64,000 bases of DNA, taken from the IMG/VR virus record IMGVR_UViG_3300021387_000087. One strand, given 5' to 3'. The position numbers were made by a program, and so were the translations under genes. Of the stretch, positions 9,181 through 22,300 are shown piece by piece. The stretch is from a virus (lineage: Duplodnaviria > Caudoviricetes). The first letter of the stretch is position 1. Each line of letters starts with the position of its first letter. Below the pieces are notes generated by a model, which saw nothing but the letters and a program-made list of their open reading frames with translations, had not been told where the DNA came from and did no database searches.

Positions 9181-12100
9181 TTAATCAAATGATACCTCAC
9201 ATCTAAAAATTGCCTTACTAAATAAATCAGCAGGAGAAATTTGAATAGTTCGAGTATCTAAACGACTCCATGAGGTGTCTTCATTGCCATCTTTATCGTA
9301 TTTTACCCAATGAAATTTGGTGACTTTATCAGAAATATCTGTATTACCACGTCTTACAGTTGCGGTTAATAAAGTGCTGATTCCCCGATTTTTAAAAATA
9401 TTTCCAGCACTAGACTCTATTTCTACAGTGACAGGAGAGGAAGCTGCTATTAATTTTTTAACAACAAAGCTTTTCCTGACTTCTGTCCCACGATATACAG
9501 CATGGATTTCTATAGTTGCATAATTGTTGATTATATTGGAAACACTTATTCTGTGATTAACATTATCCCAAACAGCGGTTGCACTTTCTGGGATAATAAT
9601 ATTCCATTGAATTCCTGCGCTATTAGTAATATCAATTCCATCATAATAAACAATAGCATCCGTGTAGCAATCAGAATAATCGCCACCCTGTCCATCTTCA
9701 TCTGTAAAAACAGCTTGGAATTCATTGGTAAGTGTAATTGTTAAAGAACCGTTAGTCTCGCCAATGATATCTAAAACATAATCTTGCAATGTCTTATCAT
9801 CGGTGATCATAATATTATCAGCACTTACTGTAGCTACGAAATTCCCTTGTGCACCTTGCGTAATAGAAGATATTTGATTTACAATATTCGCCGTATTTTC
9901 AGTATCGTCTATTTTTTTGGACAGGTCTGTCAGAGTCTTTTCATTATTATGAGTGCTTTTTCTCATACTTTTATACGATGAGAAGAAATCATTGGGTGCT
10001 TTTACATCACTAAATTCCACCTCAATAGTATTTAAAGCACCGTAATTTATTTGATAACTAATTAATCGTAGCTTATAAATCTTATCATCAACTTCTATAC
10101 GCAACCAGTTTCCTACATCAAATAATTCATCAATATTGTCGATTGTCTCAGGAAGTAATAAAAGTAAATTCCTTAATGTGCAGGAAATAGAATATTGAGA
10201 TTCTGCTCGCTTAGCTATGTCTTCATCAGCCCTATCAAAGAAATCTTGTGCGTTTTGGATTAACTCAATAATACCGAGTCCATCACTGACAAAATTAGTG
10301 TTTTCCTGTTCATCTTCTCTTCGAAAAGCCAATAATTCCAGCCACAAAGAATCTCCCAAATAAGATTCTAAATTCAAGTATTTATTTACTTGTTCTTGCT
10401 GGGTCTCAATATCATCAATAAATTTATTTAATGCTTCAAGATCATTCTCTCTTACCTGCATCTCACGTTCAACAATTGCTCGTTTCTCTAAATACGGTTT
10501 ATATATTTCTTCATACGCATCTGGATGAGTAGTTTCAGTTATCTTTGCTTCATCTAATATATTTAAAACCGAATTGATAGTTGAAGAAATATTGGTTAAA
10601 GATACCAGATTATATTTGATCATCTCATTTTCAAAATCTTCTGAAGACGCTTTTAATAAATTAACAATGCCACTTAATAATGTTTCTTTTTTCTTAATGA
10701 TTTTTTCGATCTGCGCTTTTATATAATCATCAGTTGCTTCAGAAAGCGTGATCGAAACATTTTTAAAAGCGGTATCTTCTTCATCTGTTAGAGATGTTAC
10801 TGTAATTGTTCCTTGCCAAACTGGGGCTGTATATGAAACAACTTCTGCTTTGGCATCATAACGAGATGTATCTATTGCGACTCTAACGGCATCTCTTATT
10901 TCTATTGTTGCGGTAGATTGTGTTATAGCAGATAATTGGCGCACACCAATTTTTGTATCTGTAAATAAATTTAATTGTTCTTCTGCCGTTGTATCTACTA
11001 CATCGGAAGAATAGGGCATCATTATATTTCTTAAAAATCCATCTAGATATGTAGCGTGATAATAAAGTGCTGTCAAATCTGTATAGCCAACTATTGGAGT
11101 AGGAGAGTGCATCAATTCTTCTTTTGAATACTGTTGATATTTATCAACCAAATTATTATAGTTGTCTATATTTGCAGAAGACACTAAGTTCATCACCCTG
11201 TTATGTTTATACATATCATATTCTTTTTCATACATATCTAATCTATTTCGTAATTTATCTGACATGTCTTCTTTTGTATTATCAGTAAAACGCCAGATAT
11301 ATCTCGATCCAGAAGGGTTACAGTTTACTATAGCGGCTGTCATATCATCATCGCCCGCTGATAGTCTATAACAATTCTTTATATCATCTGTATTAGTTGA
11401 TAAATTAATATTATCTCCTAAATTTTCTTTATTGATAAAAATACCCGTATCTTTGCCGTAACGAGGAATGATTTTTAAAGAATGTGTGCATTTAGGATTG
11501 GTACATCCATCTGAAAAATCACCACGTTTGCCACATTCAGGACAGTAGTCTTTAGCATCATAAAAAGATATCGTCCGTTGAAAGAGTTCGTCTGCTTCTT
11601 CATCTGATTCACCCAATATAACGATACAGTCCACTTCTTCGGCTAGTTCTTTAAAACAATCTATAACTTCTGTTTTATCAAAATCAAAAGTCCGCTTCAC
11701 ATTTTTTAATGAATCGTCAACATGATATATAGTATAGTGCCTTGCTTTATCATGCAGAATCCTGTCTACAATAGAAGCATCAGGATTAAGAGGATTATAA
11801 AAAACGGTATCTTCATAATCATCTCTATCAATATCATCCTCTGTGCGTATTTCTACATCGTAATTTCGAGATTGATTTAATTCTGCATATTGCGCCAAAG
11901 TACCTGTCAAATGCTTTACAGTATCATTAAAGTCATCTATAGTTACAGTGATTTCAAACCATAGTCCTCTTGATTTAATATGTGGTACATTGATTGGTAT
12001 ATATAATAGTTTAAAATCTTTAATTTGATCCCAGAGAGGATTCTTAACTGTATTAATATACTTGTGTACATCACATGACATTTCAGCTAATAATATATAA

Positions 12101-12255
12101 GAATCTTCTAAAGATACTTTTACAGTTAATGTTTTTTCGTCTATTATTAATACACCAAGTTTTTTACCACTTTTATTTGCCAAAATACATGAGGGAATAA
12201 TAGGTTGTTTAACAACATCTCGTTCTATCCGTTTCCCTGATACTAAACCATTCAA
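9181..12255 (-). CDS. Tail tip / baseplate hub (Tal-like) protein
   Basis: 1024 aa, directly after the Dit-like gene; FDVGNWLRIEVDDKIYKLRLISYQINY..IEVEFSD hub-like motif; C-terminal Ig-like module. Confidence 0.6.
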   Translation of the reverse strand: MNGLVSGKRIERDVVKQPIIPSCILANKSGKKLGVLIIDEKTLTVKVSLEDSYILLAEMSCDVHKYINTVKNPLWDQIKDFKLLYIPINVPHIKSRGLWFEITVTIDDFNDTVKHLTGTLAQYAELNQSRNYDVEIRTEDDIDRDDYEDTVFYNPLNPDASIVDRILHDKARHYTIYHVDDSLKNVKRTFDFDKTEVIDCFKELAEEVDCIVILGESDEEADELFQRTISFYDAKDYCPECGKRGDFSDGCTNPKCTHSLKIIPRYGKDTGIFINKENLGDNINLSTNTDDIKNCYRLSAGDDDMTAAIVNCNPSGSRYIWRFTDNTKEDMSDKLRNRLDMYEKEYDMYKHNRVMNLVSSANIDNYNNLVDKYQQYSKEELMHSPTPIVGYTDLTALYYHATYLDGFLRNIMMPYSSDVVDTTAEEQLNLFTDTKIGVRQLSAITQSTATIEIRDAVRVAIDTSRYDAKAEVVSYTAPVWQGTITVTSLTDEEDTAFKNVSITLSEATDDYIKAQIEKIIKKKETLLSGIVNLLKASSEDFENEMIKYNLVSLTNISSTINSVLNILDEAKITETTHPDAYEEIYKPYLEKRAIVEREMQVRENDLEALNKFIDDIETQQEQVNKYLNLESYLGDSLWLELLAFRREDEQENTNFVSDGLGIIELIQNAQDFFDRADEDIAKRAESQYSISCTLRNLLLLLPETIDNIDELFDVGNWLRIEVDDKIYKLRLISYQINYGALNTIEVEFSDVKAPNDFFSSYKSMRKSTHNNEKTLTDLSKKIDDTENTANIVNQISSITQGAQGNFVATVSADNIMITDDKTLQDYVLDIIGETNGSLTITLTNEFQAVFTDEDGQGGDYSDCYTDAIVYYDGIDITNSAGIQWNIIIPESATAVWDNVNHRISVSNIINNYATIEIHAVYRGTEVRKSFVVKKLIAASSPVTVEIESSAGNIFKNRGISTLLTATVRRGNTDISDKVTKFHWVKYDKDGNEDTSWSRLDTRTIQISPADLFSKAIFRCEVSFD

Positions 12256-12279
12256 ATGTATTCCCCCCTTTCATTTTAT

Positions 12280-13080
12280 TTATACTGGAATTACTTTTCT
12301 GATTGGATTGTAAACAATAGTATATTCACACGGTAAAGAAAAAGTAATGATGTTTTCGTTGGTTAAATAATTATTACATATTCTGAGGAATTTAAAATTG
12401 AAATCATCATAAACGTTATGACTTTCCTGAGAAGATTGTAATTGTAAATACTTGGAAAATGTCAACGTTTCTCCATTTGTACAATTCTTAACAATAGTAT
12501 CTCTATCTTCTTCAAAGTCGTTATGAATTACTAAGTCTCCACTTGTTGAACATGTAATGATCACTTCAGGATATAAATAACCAAGTTCAACAGATGTATC
12601 ATTGATTATAATTTGTTCATTTGCTGTTGCAGTACCACTATAAGTTACATCGTCTTGAACAGCATATGGACGAGTGGAAATAAAGTTCAAAGTAGCGCCA
12701 ATCCTTCTCGATCCTGATAATTCTTCTGTAATATTAAAACTACCGTCCCAATGTACGCCTTGATATTCTGTTTCGGGCAATTTAAAAACATGAGGTGCTG
12801 GTCTGCACAACCAACGCTTTAACGCTTCCATTTCTTCAATGCTTATACTGATTTCATCTGTTTTACATGGATTTTTAATTATAGTAATAGTAAAGGCTAA
12901 TGTACTACTATAAATCTGATATAGAAAAGGTTGTTCTTTCCCCATAAATAATGAGGTTTGGGTTATATCTCGCTGTCCCTCTGTAGGTGTAGTAGTGCTC
13001 GAAAATGATGCCATAACATATTTTCCATCTTGAAATTCGCTCAAACGTGTATTGTCATAAATAAAATCTGCTACACTCAA
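12280..13080 (-). CDS. Distal tail (Dit-like) protein
   Basis: 266 aa after the tape measure; DFIYDNTRLSEF N-terminus, LKRWLCRP, STRPYA, YLYPEVII pattern. Confidence 0.6.
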   Translation of the reverse strand: MSVADFIYDNTRLSEFQDGKYVMASFSSTTTPTEGQRDITQTSLFMGKEQPFLYQIYSSTLAFTITIIKNPCKTDEISISIEEMEALKRWLCRPAPHVFKLPETEYQGVHWDGSFNITEELSGSRRIGATLNFISTRPYAVQDDVTYSGTATANEQIIINDTSVELGYLYPEVIITCSTSGDLVIHNDFEEDRDTIVKNCTNGETLTFSKYLQLQSSQESHNVYDDFNFKFLRICNNYLTNENIITFSLPCEYTIVYNPIRKVIPV

Positions 13081-13096
13081 GTGTCACACCACCTTT

Positions 13097-13258
13097 CTAT
13101 TCTTGAGAATTAATTAATTCTTGTAAATTTTTTTGTAGTTCTTTTACTTCTATCAGGGCTTTTCGCAGATTACGATTAAGTTCGTTATACTCCTTTATCG
13201 CTTCTCTGTATACTTTTCCCAATTCTAATACTTCTTGAATATCTTTTTCTTCATTCAT
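13097..13258 (-). CDS. Small coiled-coil hypothetical protein (53 aa)
   Basis: AAGGAGGT RBS, then MNEEKDIQEVLELGKVYREAIKEYNELNRNLRKALIEVKELQKNLQELINSQE*; below the ORF-track cutoff. Confidence 0.65.
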   Translation of the reverse strand: MNEEKDIQEVLELGKVYREAIKEYNELNRNLRKALIEVKELQKNLQELINSQE

Positions 13259-13273
13259 CCCTTTACCTCCTTA

Positions 13274-13303
13274 AAAACAACGAGTGCCCGGTTAGGGGCA
13301 CTC
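13274..13303 (-). terminator. Intrinsic terminator after the tape-measure gene
   Basis: Minus strand GAGTGCCC-ctaacc-GGGCACTC followed by GTTGTTTTT. Confidence 0.65.
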
Positions 13304-13317
13304 ATTGTAATCATCAA

Positions 13318-16300
13318 TTATCTAAACCTAATTGAATTACCTTTCAAAGAATTATTGCCATTAAGTCTGCCGATAGAAAGTTCCTGAATATATTTTGTGA
13401 AATTCGGATCTCTCTGTGCTTCCTGCATAAATTCTTTATAATTAGTAACATTAGGAATATTAAATGTAATATTGTTAACAATATCTCCAGTTGTATTATT
13501 GGTATTCGTTATATTCTTATTAGGTCTCATATCCATATGGCTGGCTATAAAGTCAACAGGATTAGACATACCTTTCAAAAGATTAACCGCAGCATCGTGG
13601 GGCAGAACAGCAGTACCTTTATTTAAACGAGTATAGATTTTACCGTTCTTGTTAATAAATACTTCTTGCCCCTCTTCATCAACACGATACATTCCAGCAC
13701 GATTGACATTCTTGGTACCTTTTGCAAACCCACCTTGTATTTTTAAACCTTTAGATGCGGCTGTGCTAACTGCTTTATTGCTGTTATTTGAGGAACTTTT
13801 TAAAGCGTTGCCGCCAGCGGTTTTAGTTCTCTTTTTAATCTTACCATTTTTATCGGTCTCAAAAGTATATCCATCAACATTAAATTTACCAATTTGCAGT
13901 ATACCATTAGAATTGAAGTAATATTCATCGTTACCTATTTTTTGCCTACCAGTCAGCATCTTGCCACTATTTACACTAAAGTAACGTCTTCCTTCCTTCA
14001 TGTCTCTCCAACCAGTTTGTATAGTGCCAGATTTGAAGTAATATGTCGAACTTCCAGTTTTATATAAACCTGTATAATTACTTTTTAACGCGCCAGTCGT
14101 TTTATCTAACAGATAATAAGTATTACCTATTTTCTGTACGTCTTTAAGCATTGCACCATTTTTAGTACTCAAGTAGTACCACTTGCCGCCGACTTTCTGC
14201 CAGCCAGTCGTCATTGCTCCGCTGGAGTTCATATAGTACCAGTTGCCTCCAACCTTCTGCCAACCTGTTTGCTTCTTATCGTTCTTATAATAATAAGTTT
14301 TTCCACCTTCTGTGATAAAACCGTTTTTGGCTTTAGCTGTAGTTTTGGCAGGTGTCGTAGTTGATTTAGCCGCTGTACTACTTGATGCTGTAGACTTAGG
14401 AGTATAATCCGCAACTGTAGGCGTAGTAGGCACTGTCGGTGTAGGTGTTTTTGCATATGTGGTTGCAGATGTATTGTCTACAGAACCATTAGAAGTAGAT
14501 GTAGCAGTAACGAGTGCACCAACTTGTCCTGCGACATTAGCAACATTTGCAGAGAGATTCTGCACACCTGTGTATATATTATTTAAACTACCGCTAAGTG
14601 AATAATCAACAGAAGAAGCAACATCTTTCAAAGTAGATACGATATCAGCTCCAGACTGATTAACTCCAGAAACGACTTCGGTTAATAGAGCATCAATATT
14701 GTCTAATCGAGCATTTAAAACCTCTTCATATTTTTCTTGCATGGTAGATAATGCATCTTTAATATCAGAGATTCTCTGATCTTCCTGAGTGTCTTCTAAA
14801 TCTTTTTGTGCTTCTTTCAGTTGGTCTCGTAATTTCTGACGTTTCGTTGCACCCTCTTCAGAATCATCACCTTCCATACTCTTTAATTGCTTTTGTAAAG
14901 AATTAATTTCTTTTTGTTTTTTGGCAATACTTTCGGCATATTTTTGCTGTTCTTTTTCAGCATCTAAAGCATCTTCATATTTATCAATAAGGTCTTCCAT
15001 GACCTCTATTTGCTTTTTGATGCCTTTTTCTACAAGATCAGCGATAGCTTCTTTTTGAGAATGCGCATTAGAAATAGCATCTTGCTGTGCTTTTAACCAT
15101 TCGTTACGTTGGTCAATCAGTGTTTTATTATTAGGGTCTTTAGCGATATCTGCGTTCAGTCGCTTTACTGCTTCTCCATATTTTTTAGCTTGCTTGATAT
15201 AAATATCATATCGTTGAGCTTCTAATGCAAAAGCGGCTTTTCCTTTATCAGTTACTAATCCAGTATCTTTATCAAAGAGATCTATCTCATTAATAAGATC
15301 ACCTAAGAATTCCATCTCATCTGCAAGATTACTTAATTCATCTTGACCGCGTTCAAACTTATCCCACCGAAGTTGACGAATAGAATTAACTAACGATTGA
15401 ATTTCTTTATTAACCGCAATGACTTCATTATTAATGTTTTTGATTTGGATATACCATTTATACCATTCTTCGGAATATTGCTGAATTCTTCCAGCTTTTA
15501 CTGCGGCATTTAATTGCGCTTGTAATTCAGAGGCTTCACTATTCAGTGCTTTAATCTTATTTTGATTTTCAGTAATTTGACTAGAATAATAATTTTCTGC
15601 TACATCATATCCACGCTCAGTTACCAAATCTATTCTATTTTGAAGAGATGTGATATTAGCCCCGATATTATTGATCGTAGTTTCCCATTTGGTTTGAATT
15701 AATGTAAGTTGCTGTATAGTAAGTTGAGACAGTTTATTAATCTGGTCTTGTAACTTTTGTTGCATCTTAACATATTTTTCATACCAAGTCTGGTACGCCT
15801 GAATCTTTTTCCAAAGTCCTTCATCTCTAACATCATTAATAGTAAAATATTGTCCGCTGTTAACCGAATTTTGGATTCGCTTAATCCAAGTTTGACTTAG
15901 TGCGGTGCCTGAGGCTCCTTGAGAACCCTTTTTGTAACCCTCGTCACCACTCTTTAAGCCAGCTTCTTTTGCGGCAGCTGATGCTTTAGAAAGATAATTG
16001 TAAACATGGCTCTTACTGCTTAAAGAAGAATTGATTGCATTAATTTCTTTTTGTACAGTTGCTAAATCTTGAACCAAAGCACTGTTACGATTAGCAAAAG
16101 TGCTATAAGTTTTAGCCGCATTTGTGTCTAATTGAGAGATTAAAGCATCAATACGATTAAGTCTAATTTCAATAGCATCAAGTGTTTGAAGATTATCTTT
16201 AGAGCTTTTATTCGAAGAGGAATTACCAGAAGATTTCTTGCCACTCTTACCAGAAGATTTCTTACCACTGCCAGAAGATTTTTTGCTACTACTGGAAGAA

Positions 16301-19300
16301 GAGGTACTACCTTTGCGAGATTTTTTCGAAGCTTTTTTCAAAGTTCCACCTGCCGCATGAGACATGCCTGATAGCTGTCCATCCCATTTAGCAGTACCAG
16401 CAGCAAATGCTTTACCTTCTAATTCGTCTTCGTCAAAATCTTCGTCATCTACAGTGCCGTTTGCAAAAGCGCCACCAACCATTTTGCCATGAGAACCATT
16501 AACATATCCTTTTTTAAGGAGTGATTCAGATTGTTTATGATTAAAAATAATCGAGCCTTTAGGAAGATTAGCAAATGTAGGATCACCGCCATTAAGAATT
16601 TGCCAATGTCCGTCTGGAGTTACAATTACTTCACTACCTAATTCGTTTACAAGAGCACCTTTTTCTGCTTTAGGAAGACCCCAATCACCAGATAAAGTGC
16701 CACCCGCATAAGCATGACCTTTGGATATTACTGTACCTTGATTATGAGCGGAGCCTTGGAAACCTCCTCCATTATTAGGTTTTCCTTCAGTAGTATATTT
16801 GGTTTTTATGGTTATGGTCTTGTTAGATAATTTATCATAAACACTTGACTTCCAACTAGAAATTGTACTAAAACCAACCTGACTAGCGGTAATTCTAGCT
16901 GTTTTATCTTTGATAGAGCTTAATTTACTCTTTGAATCTGAAACTTTACTGCTTAATCTAGAATTGTCTGCTGAGATCTTAGGTGTGGTGACTTTTTTCC
17001 CTAAAGCGTTTAATTTATTGGTTACATCACTGCTTGTTTTGTTAAATTGAGCAGAATTACCATTAATAGTAACTTTTACTTTAGGATTCTTCTGAGATGT
17101 TAAATTATCAATCGAATCTTTAGCTTTGTCAACATCTTCTATTCCATCTACACTTAAACCAATAGAGACATTTGATCCGCTCATCGCTTTAAGATTTGAT
17201 ACTGTCTGATTGGCAGCATCTACCTGAGAAGTATCAGAAGTAACCGTGGTATTTATCTGCTCATCTTTAATAGTAGTTTCATGGTTTGTAGTTTGAACAC
17301 CCTGTTGTACACCTGCTTGATTAGCTGCATCTTGAGCGGTATTTTCGGCTTTTAAGACAAGAGGCATCTCTGTTTCTTTTGTTGCTTCCTCTTTGGTTTC
17401 TTCAATTACTTCATTCGCTTGAGATGCGTCTGCACTAAGATTCATTTGAAAATCTGCTTCACCATTGAAACCAAGAGTAGTAAGAGGTTTAAGATCTTCA
17501 GCAGAAGAAGCTAAATGAGCATGTACACCAACATCGGGTTCTGCTGAACCAATTGTATCTGCCACTTCTTGTTTAGCCGCTTCTTCGCTTGCAGGATCGA
17601 CACCGACACCAACAGTAATAAGATCTGCACCAATAGGAGCATGCCCATCTTTATAATAACCCTGAATATGAGAGTTGTCTAAAACAGGAGATATTTTTAT
17701 CTCAACTCCATTAGCATATTTATTTTCAATTTGTTTAATAATCTCTTCGGGGTCATTAGTCGGTGTAAAATCATATGCCATCTGTATTTTTTCAGGCAAC
17801 TGAGAAAATTGTTGGGCAAACTCTTGTATTTTTTTATCGTCTTTAATCGAAATATCAAATCCTAATTTACTGTTTTCTTTAATTGAATCTAATCTTTCGT
17901 TAAGATCACCTGTTATTTCTTTAGCGTAATCTAAAGTATCAACGTTAATTTCCATATCAGGTTCAACATGTTTACCATTTATGATATCTAAGCGCTCAAT
18001 CATTGATTGCAATAAATCGTCTAAAGCACTAGCAGTTTCAGTACTAATATCAGGATTAGCCTTTAAATCTTGGATTTCTTTAATTTTAGATTCTAATTCT
18101 TCAGCGCTTAAAGTCGCTACATCAAAATCAAAAAGATTTGCATGTGCGAGTGCTGGATCAGTGCCTGTCTTTTTTAAATCAATTAATCTTTGTTTTGCCG
18201 CTTCAGCCTGCTCGGTTACTTTATCTAACTGTTGCATTTGACCATCGGTGAAGAAATGAACTCTAGAACCAGTAGCATTTAATTCATTCATTAAAGAAAG
18301 AATTAAATCCTTAGATACGCCATAATGTTCTGCAACAGCATCAAGATTTTTATCAGTCATTGTCATGACAGTTTCGCCAGCTGCATTTGTGGAAATTTCA
18401 GCATACTCTTCAGGCCAAGACATTATTTCATCAATCCATAAATTAGCTCCCTGTGTAGGATCTTCTGTAAAGAATTTTTGCATTGTGTCAGCGCCTTGTT
18501 CATAAGCCGCTTCTACTTCCTTAACTGACGCTAATGCTAAATCTTTATAGGAGAATAACTGAGCAATACGCCTGAATCCTTCTTCACCAGTTTCACCACT
18601 TTCAAGATAGGCATCGCCCTCTTTAAAGATTTGATCTCTAAACAATTTGTAATTAGTACTATAATCTGCGCTTCCGTGTCCATTTTGATATTTGCTTAAA
18701 GCCGATGTAGCTCCACTATAAGCTGACCATAGCATATCTAATTGTTCAATTTCTTCTCTGTATGCATCAGCGACCGCTCCAGAAGAAGCTGTAAACTTCT
18801 CCATTAATTCTTGACGCTTCTCATAAAATTCTGCATGACGCATTGATTCTTCTTGAGACTGCAACGCTCTTAATGCATCGGCATTAACCATAATGCCGCC
18901 CGCTGTTTCTTCAAATAAAGAAGCATAATCATAATTGGGCAAATCTTTATAAGCATCAGCAATTGCTTTAACTTCGCTTGCAATTTCATGCCCTTGATCA
19001 TCTTGCGTCTTAGTAAATGTCAAGAATCCTTGTCCCTTAGAAAGGGTAGAAGATAAGTTAGAAGTTTCTTCAATCCATCCAGAAGCTTTTTGAGCGAATT
19101 TATCAAATGACTCGCCCGCCTCATCTAGAGAAGTGGTAGCTATATAACCTAACCTACCCAATAATTCTGCGACAGCATTGATTGACTCTTGCGAAGACTC
19201 TGCGGTAATACCAAATGCGTCAGCTATTGTTTGGATATCGCTTGCTACTTCAGGGGGAAGATTAGATAAGTTACTTAAATATCCTTCAATATCTGTAACA

Positions 19301-22300
19301 TCATATTTAAAATCATCAAACAATCCACTTAAAGCATCTACACTGCCAGTCTTTTGTAAAGCTTCCATTACATTGTTTACATCAAGACCAGCCTCTTTAG
19401 CGGCTTTAGACAATTGTTCCATCCCTAAGTAGATAGCGCCCTTTTTGCCTGAAAAATGCATCATTTTACCAACTGCATTGGCGGTATAATCTCCAATATC
19501 ATTAACAGCCGCTATGATGCCTTTGCCCCCTTTTTCAGGTTTGTCAAGTTCAAGTATTTGACCAAGATCAATTTTCCCTGTTGTTTTATCTGTGGCTTCG
19601 TTTATAATATTTTGTATATAGTCATGAACGGTATCAGCATCTAAAAATTCGCCCTTCCCATTTTTAGAATTCTTCATAATAGGAGTAAAGGCTATATCAA
19701 TATTATTAAATTTTTCCGATGTTCCAAATACAGTATCTATACTGCCTTTTTCGGGATTATAGTCCCAAGATTTTAATGCGTCTGCATATTGCTTCTTGGT
19801 TTTTTTATCCCATTTTATTACGGGACGTTCATTCATATTAACGTTGCCGAATTGGGCAGTTGGATATAATCCTTGTAATGGCTCAACTCCGAAACCTTTC
19901 ATTCCCCATTCATATGCTTTTTGTTGTTCATTTAAAAGATTTTCAACGGCATCACGAAGGGTATCAGGAATTTCCTTAGCTGATTTTTTATTTTCTTTTG
20001 GAGTGCCTAAAACGGACTCAACAGCATTCTTTACTTTAGAATCATTAAATTTCTTCTTGATATTATAGGCTTCTATCTGAGTTTGATCAACTTTATCAAA
20101 AATGTCTTCAAATGGACGATTAAATTTTTGATCGCCCATTGCATCGACCACTTCATTGGCAGCCTCTTTTACTTTGTCAAAGGCAGTTTTGGTCTTTTCA
20201 ATTTGGGAAGTATCGCCAGAAACTAGTGCAGCATTATAATTATCTACTGCCTCTTGTGCCTCAACAAGGACTTCGCCAGCGGAAAGATTGTCTTCACCAA
20301 AAGTGCCATTCTTAGCAAAAATGCTTTGTTCAAGAAAAGAGTTGTAATCGTCTTTGTATTTAGAAATTATTTCATCGTTCTCTTGGATGGAAGCGGTTAA
20401 TGAATTCATTAATCCTTCAAAGCCACTGCCGTCCCAATCCTCGCCCATTTCTTCTTTTAATTCCAAAAGACGATTATACAATACGTCCATAGACTCTTCA
20501 GCTTCTAATGCATTACCTGTAAAACGAATACCAATTTCACCAGCATAATCATATTTTCCCCAATTGCCCGTTAAATCTTTTGTTAAAGATTCTATGTCTT
20601 TATCTGACAAAAAGCCACCTGAAGACATATTATATACTTGTCTGTCTTTGGTAAGTTTTTCTTCTGCATTTTCATAATCTCCAGCATTATGCGCAAGATT
20701 AGAACGCGCTTCCTCTGCTTTAATATTACGAAGCTTGTCTAACTGCTCATCTAATTTTCCATTAACAAGATCAACTCCATCAGCACTATGTCCGTATTCA
20801 TCAGTAATTTGTTTTTGTAAATCATATAATTGTTTTTTAATATTTGCTTGTTCTTCTTCGGATAAATTAGTATTTTCTAATTGTTTATGTAAATCTTGAT
20901 ATTGTTGTGTATAGTTATTGAGAGAGTCCTTATTCTCATTCCAAGTATTAGTTAATTCATGTGCTTTATCAATGTGATCTTGTTGTTGTTGATCGAGATA
21001 GTTGAATAATCCGTTTATAATAGTAATAGCTGCAGGAATTGCTATAAGCCAGAACAGGGGACTTGAGGCTAGTCCAGCTAATCCAGTTGCGCCCGCAGCA
21101 GTACCAGCGCTACCCGCACCAGTTGCGACTCCATCAAGACCTTGACTCATACCACCAGATAGTTTCGAGCCAGTTTGAGCATCTTCCGCTTCTTTGTTTG
21201 CAATAGTAGCTAGTGTGTTTTCCTCTGTCTTTTTTGTATTATCTGCAGTTGCGACAGAATCAGTGGTTTCACCAACGGCACCTTCTATATGTGCTGAATT
21301 GTTAGCATTTTCAGCTGTAGTTTCAGCGACTTCAGCAGCCGCTTTCTCTCCAGAAACAGATATACTTTCTTCTTTTAAAGCATTGCCTTCTTCTAGAACA
21401 TCGTTCATTTCTTGTTGGGCTTCTTTTTGTTCTTTTAATGCTTGTATTTCAGGGTTTTCTTTAGCTTTCGCTCGATTTTCTCTTTGATTTTGAATTTGTG
21501 CCCAGCCTTTAAAGATTGATTTATTTTCATCGTCAGATTTGTTACTATCAAAAATTGTTCTGAAAACATCACCTAAAGACTTACTAGTCGCTTTCGCTTC
21601 GTCTAATCGGCTAACAAATTTAACAAGCCAACTATCTGCGGTCATGAGACCTCTAATAATTGTTCCACCATAAAGAAGAGCAAAAGCAGACTGGAGTCCA
21701 CCAACCTCATTTATGACGTTAAGAATAGTAGTACCTAAGTCAATGAACATATTGATGATATCGCGATTAGCGGCATTTGCCCAGAGTTCTTGCCAAGCGT
21801 TTTGAAGTTTTGCAAGGTGCCCAGAGATACTATCTAAATATTTCTGATTTTCTTTCATTGCAGAATTTGCAGCTTTAGTGGAAGAATCTTCGTAGACAGA
21901 TTGAAGAGTTTTAGGGTTCTGAAGAATCGAACTGGCAATAGATGCACGGTTTTTACCTGCAATTGATTCAAGCAACAAGTTCTGACGGTTATCACCAGAT
22001 TTAAGGTCAGCTTGACGGATTTCATCCCAGATTTGGGAGAGACCTAGCATGATTTCATACGTTGATTTGTAGCGACCTAACTCATCTTGAATATCAAAAC
22101 CTTGGTAATTATTAGAAGCTACTTTGGTTGCGTTCATAATCAATTCACGCATCTTAGATTGCGACATAATCATGTCGGACGTATCTTCGCCCATTTCTTC
22201 CAATTCTTCTGCCGCTTCTTTAGTGCCTGTTAAACGAAGCGCGATTGTACGAATACCCTTGCCCGTCTTGGAAGCGTCCTGCGTAATAAGGTTGCCTGCC

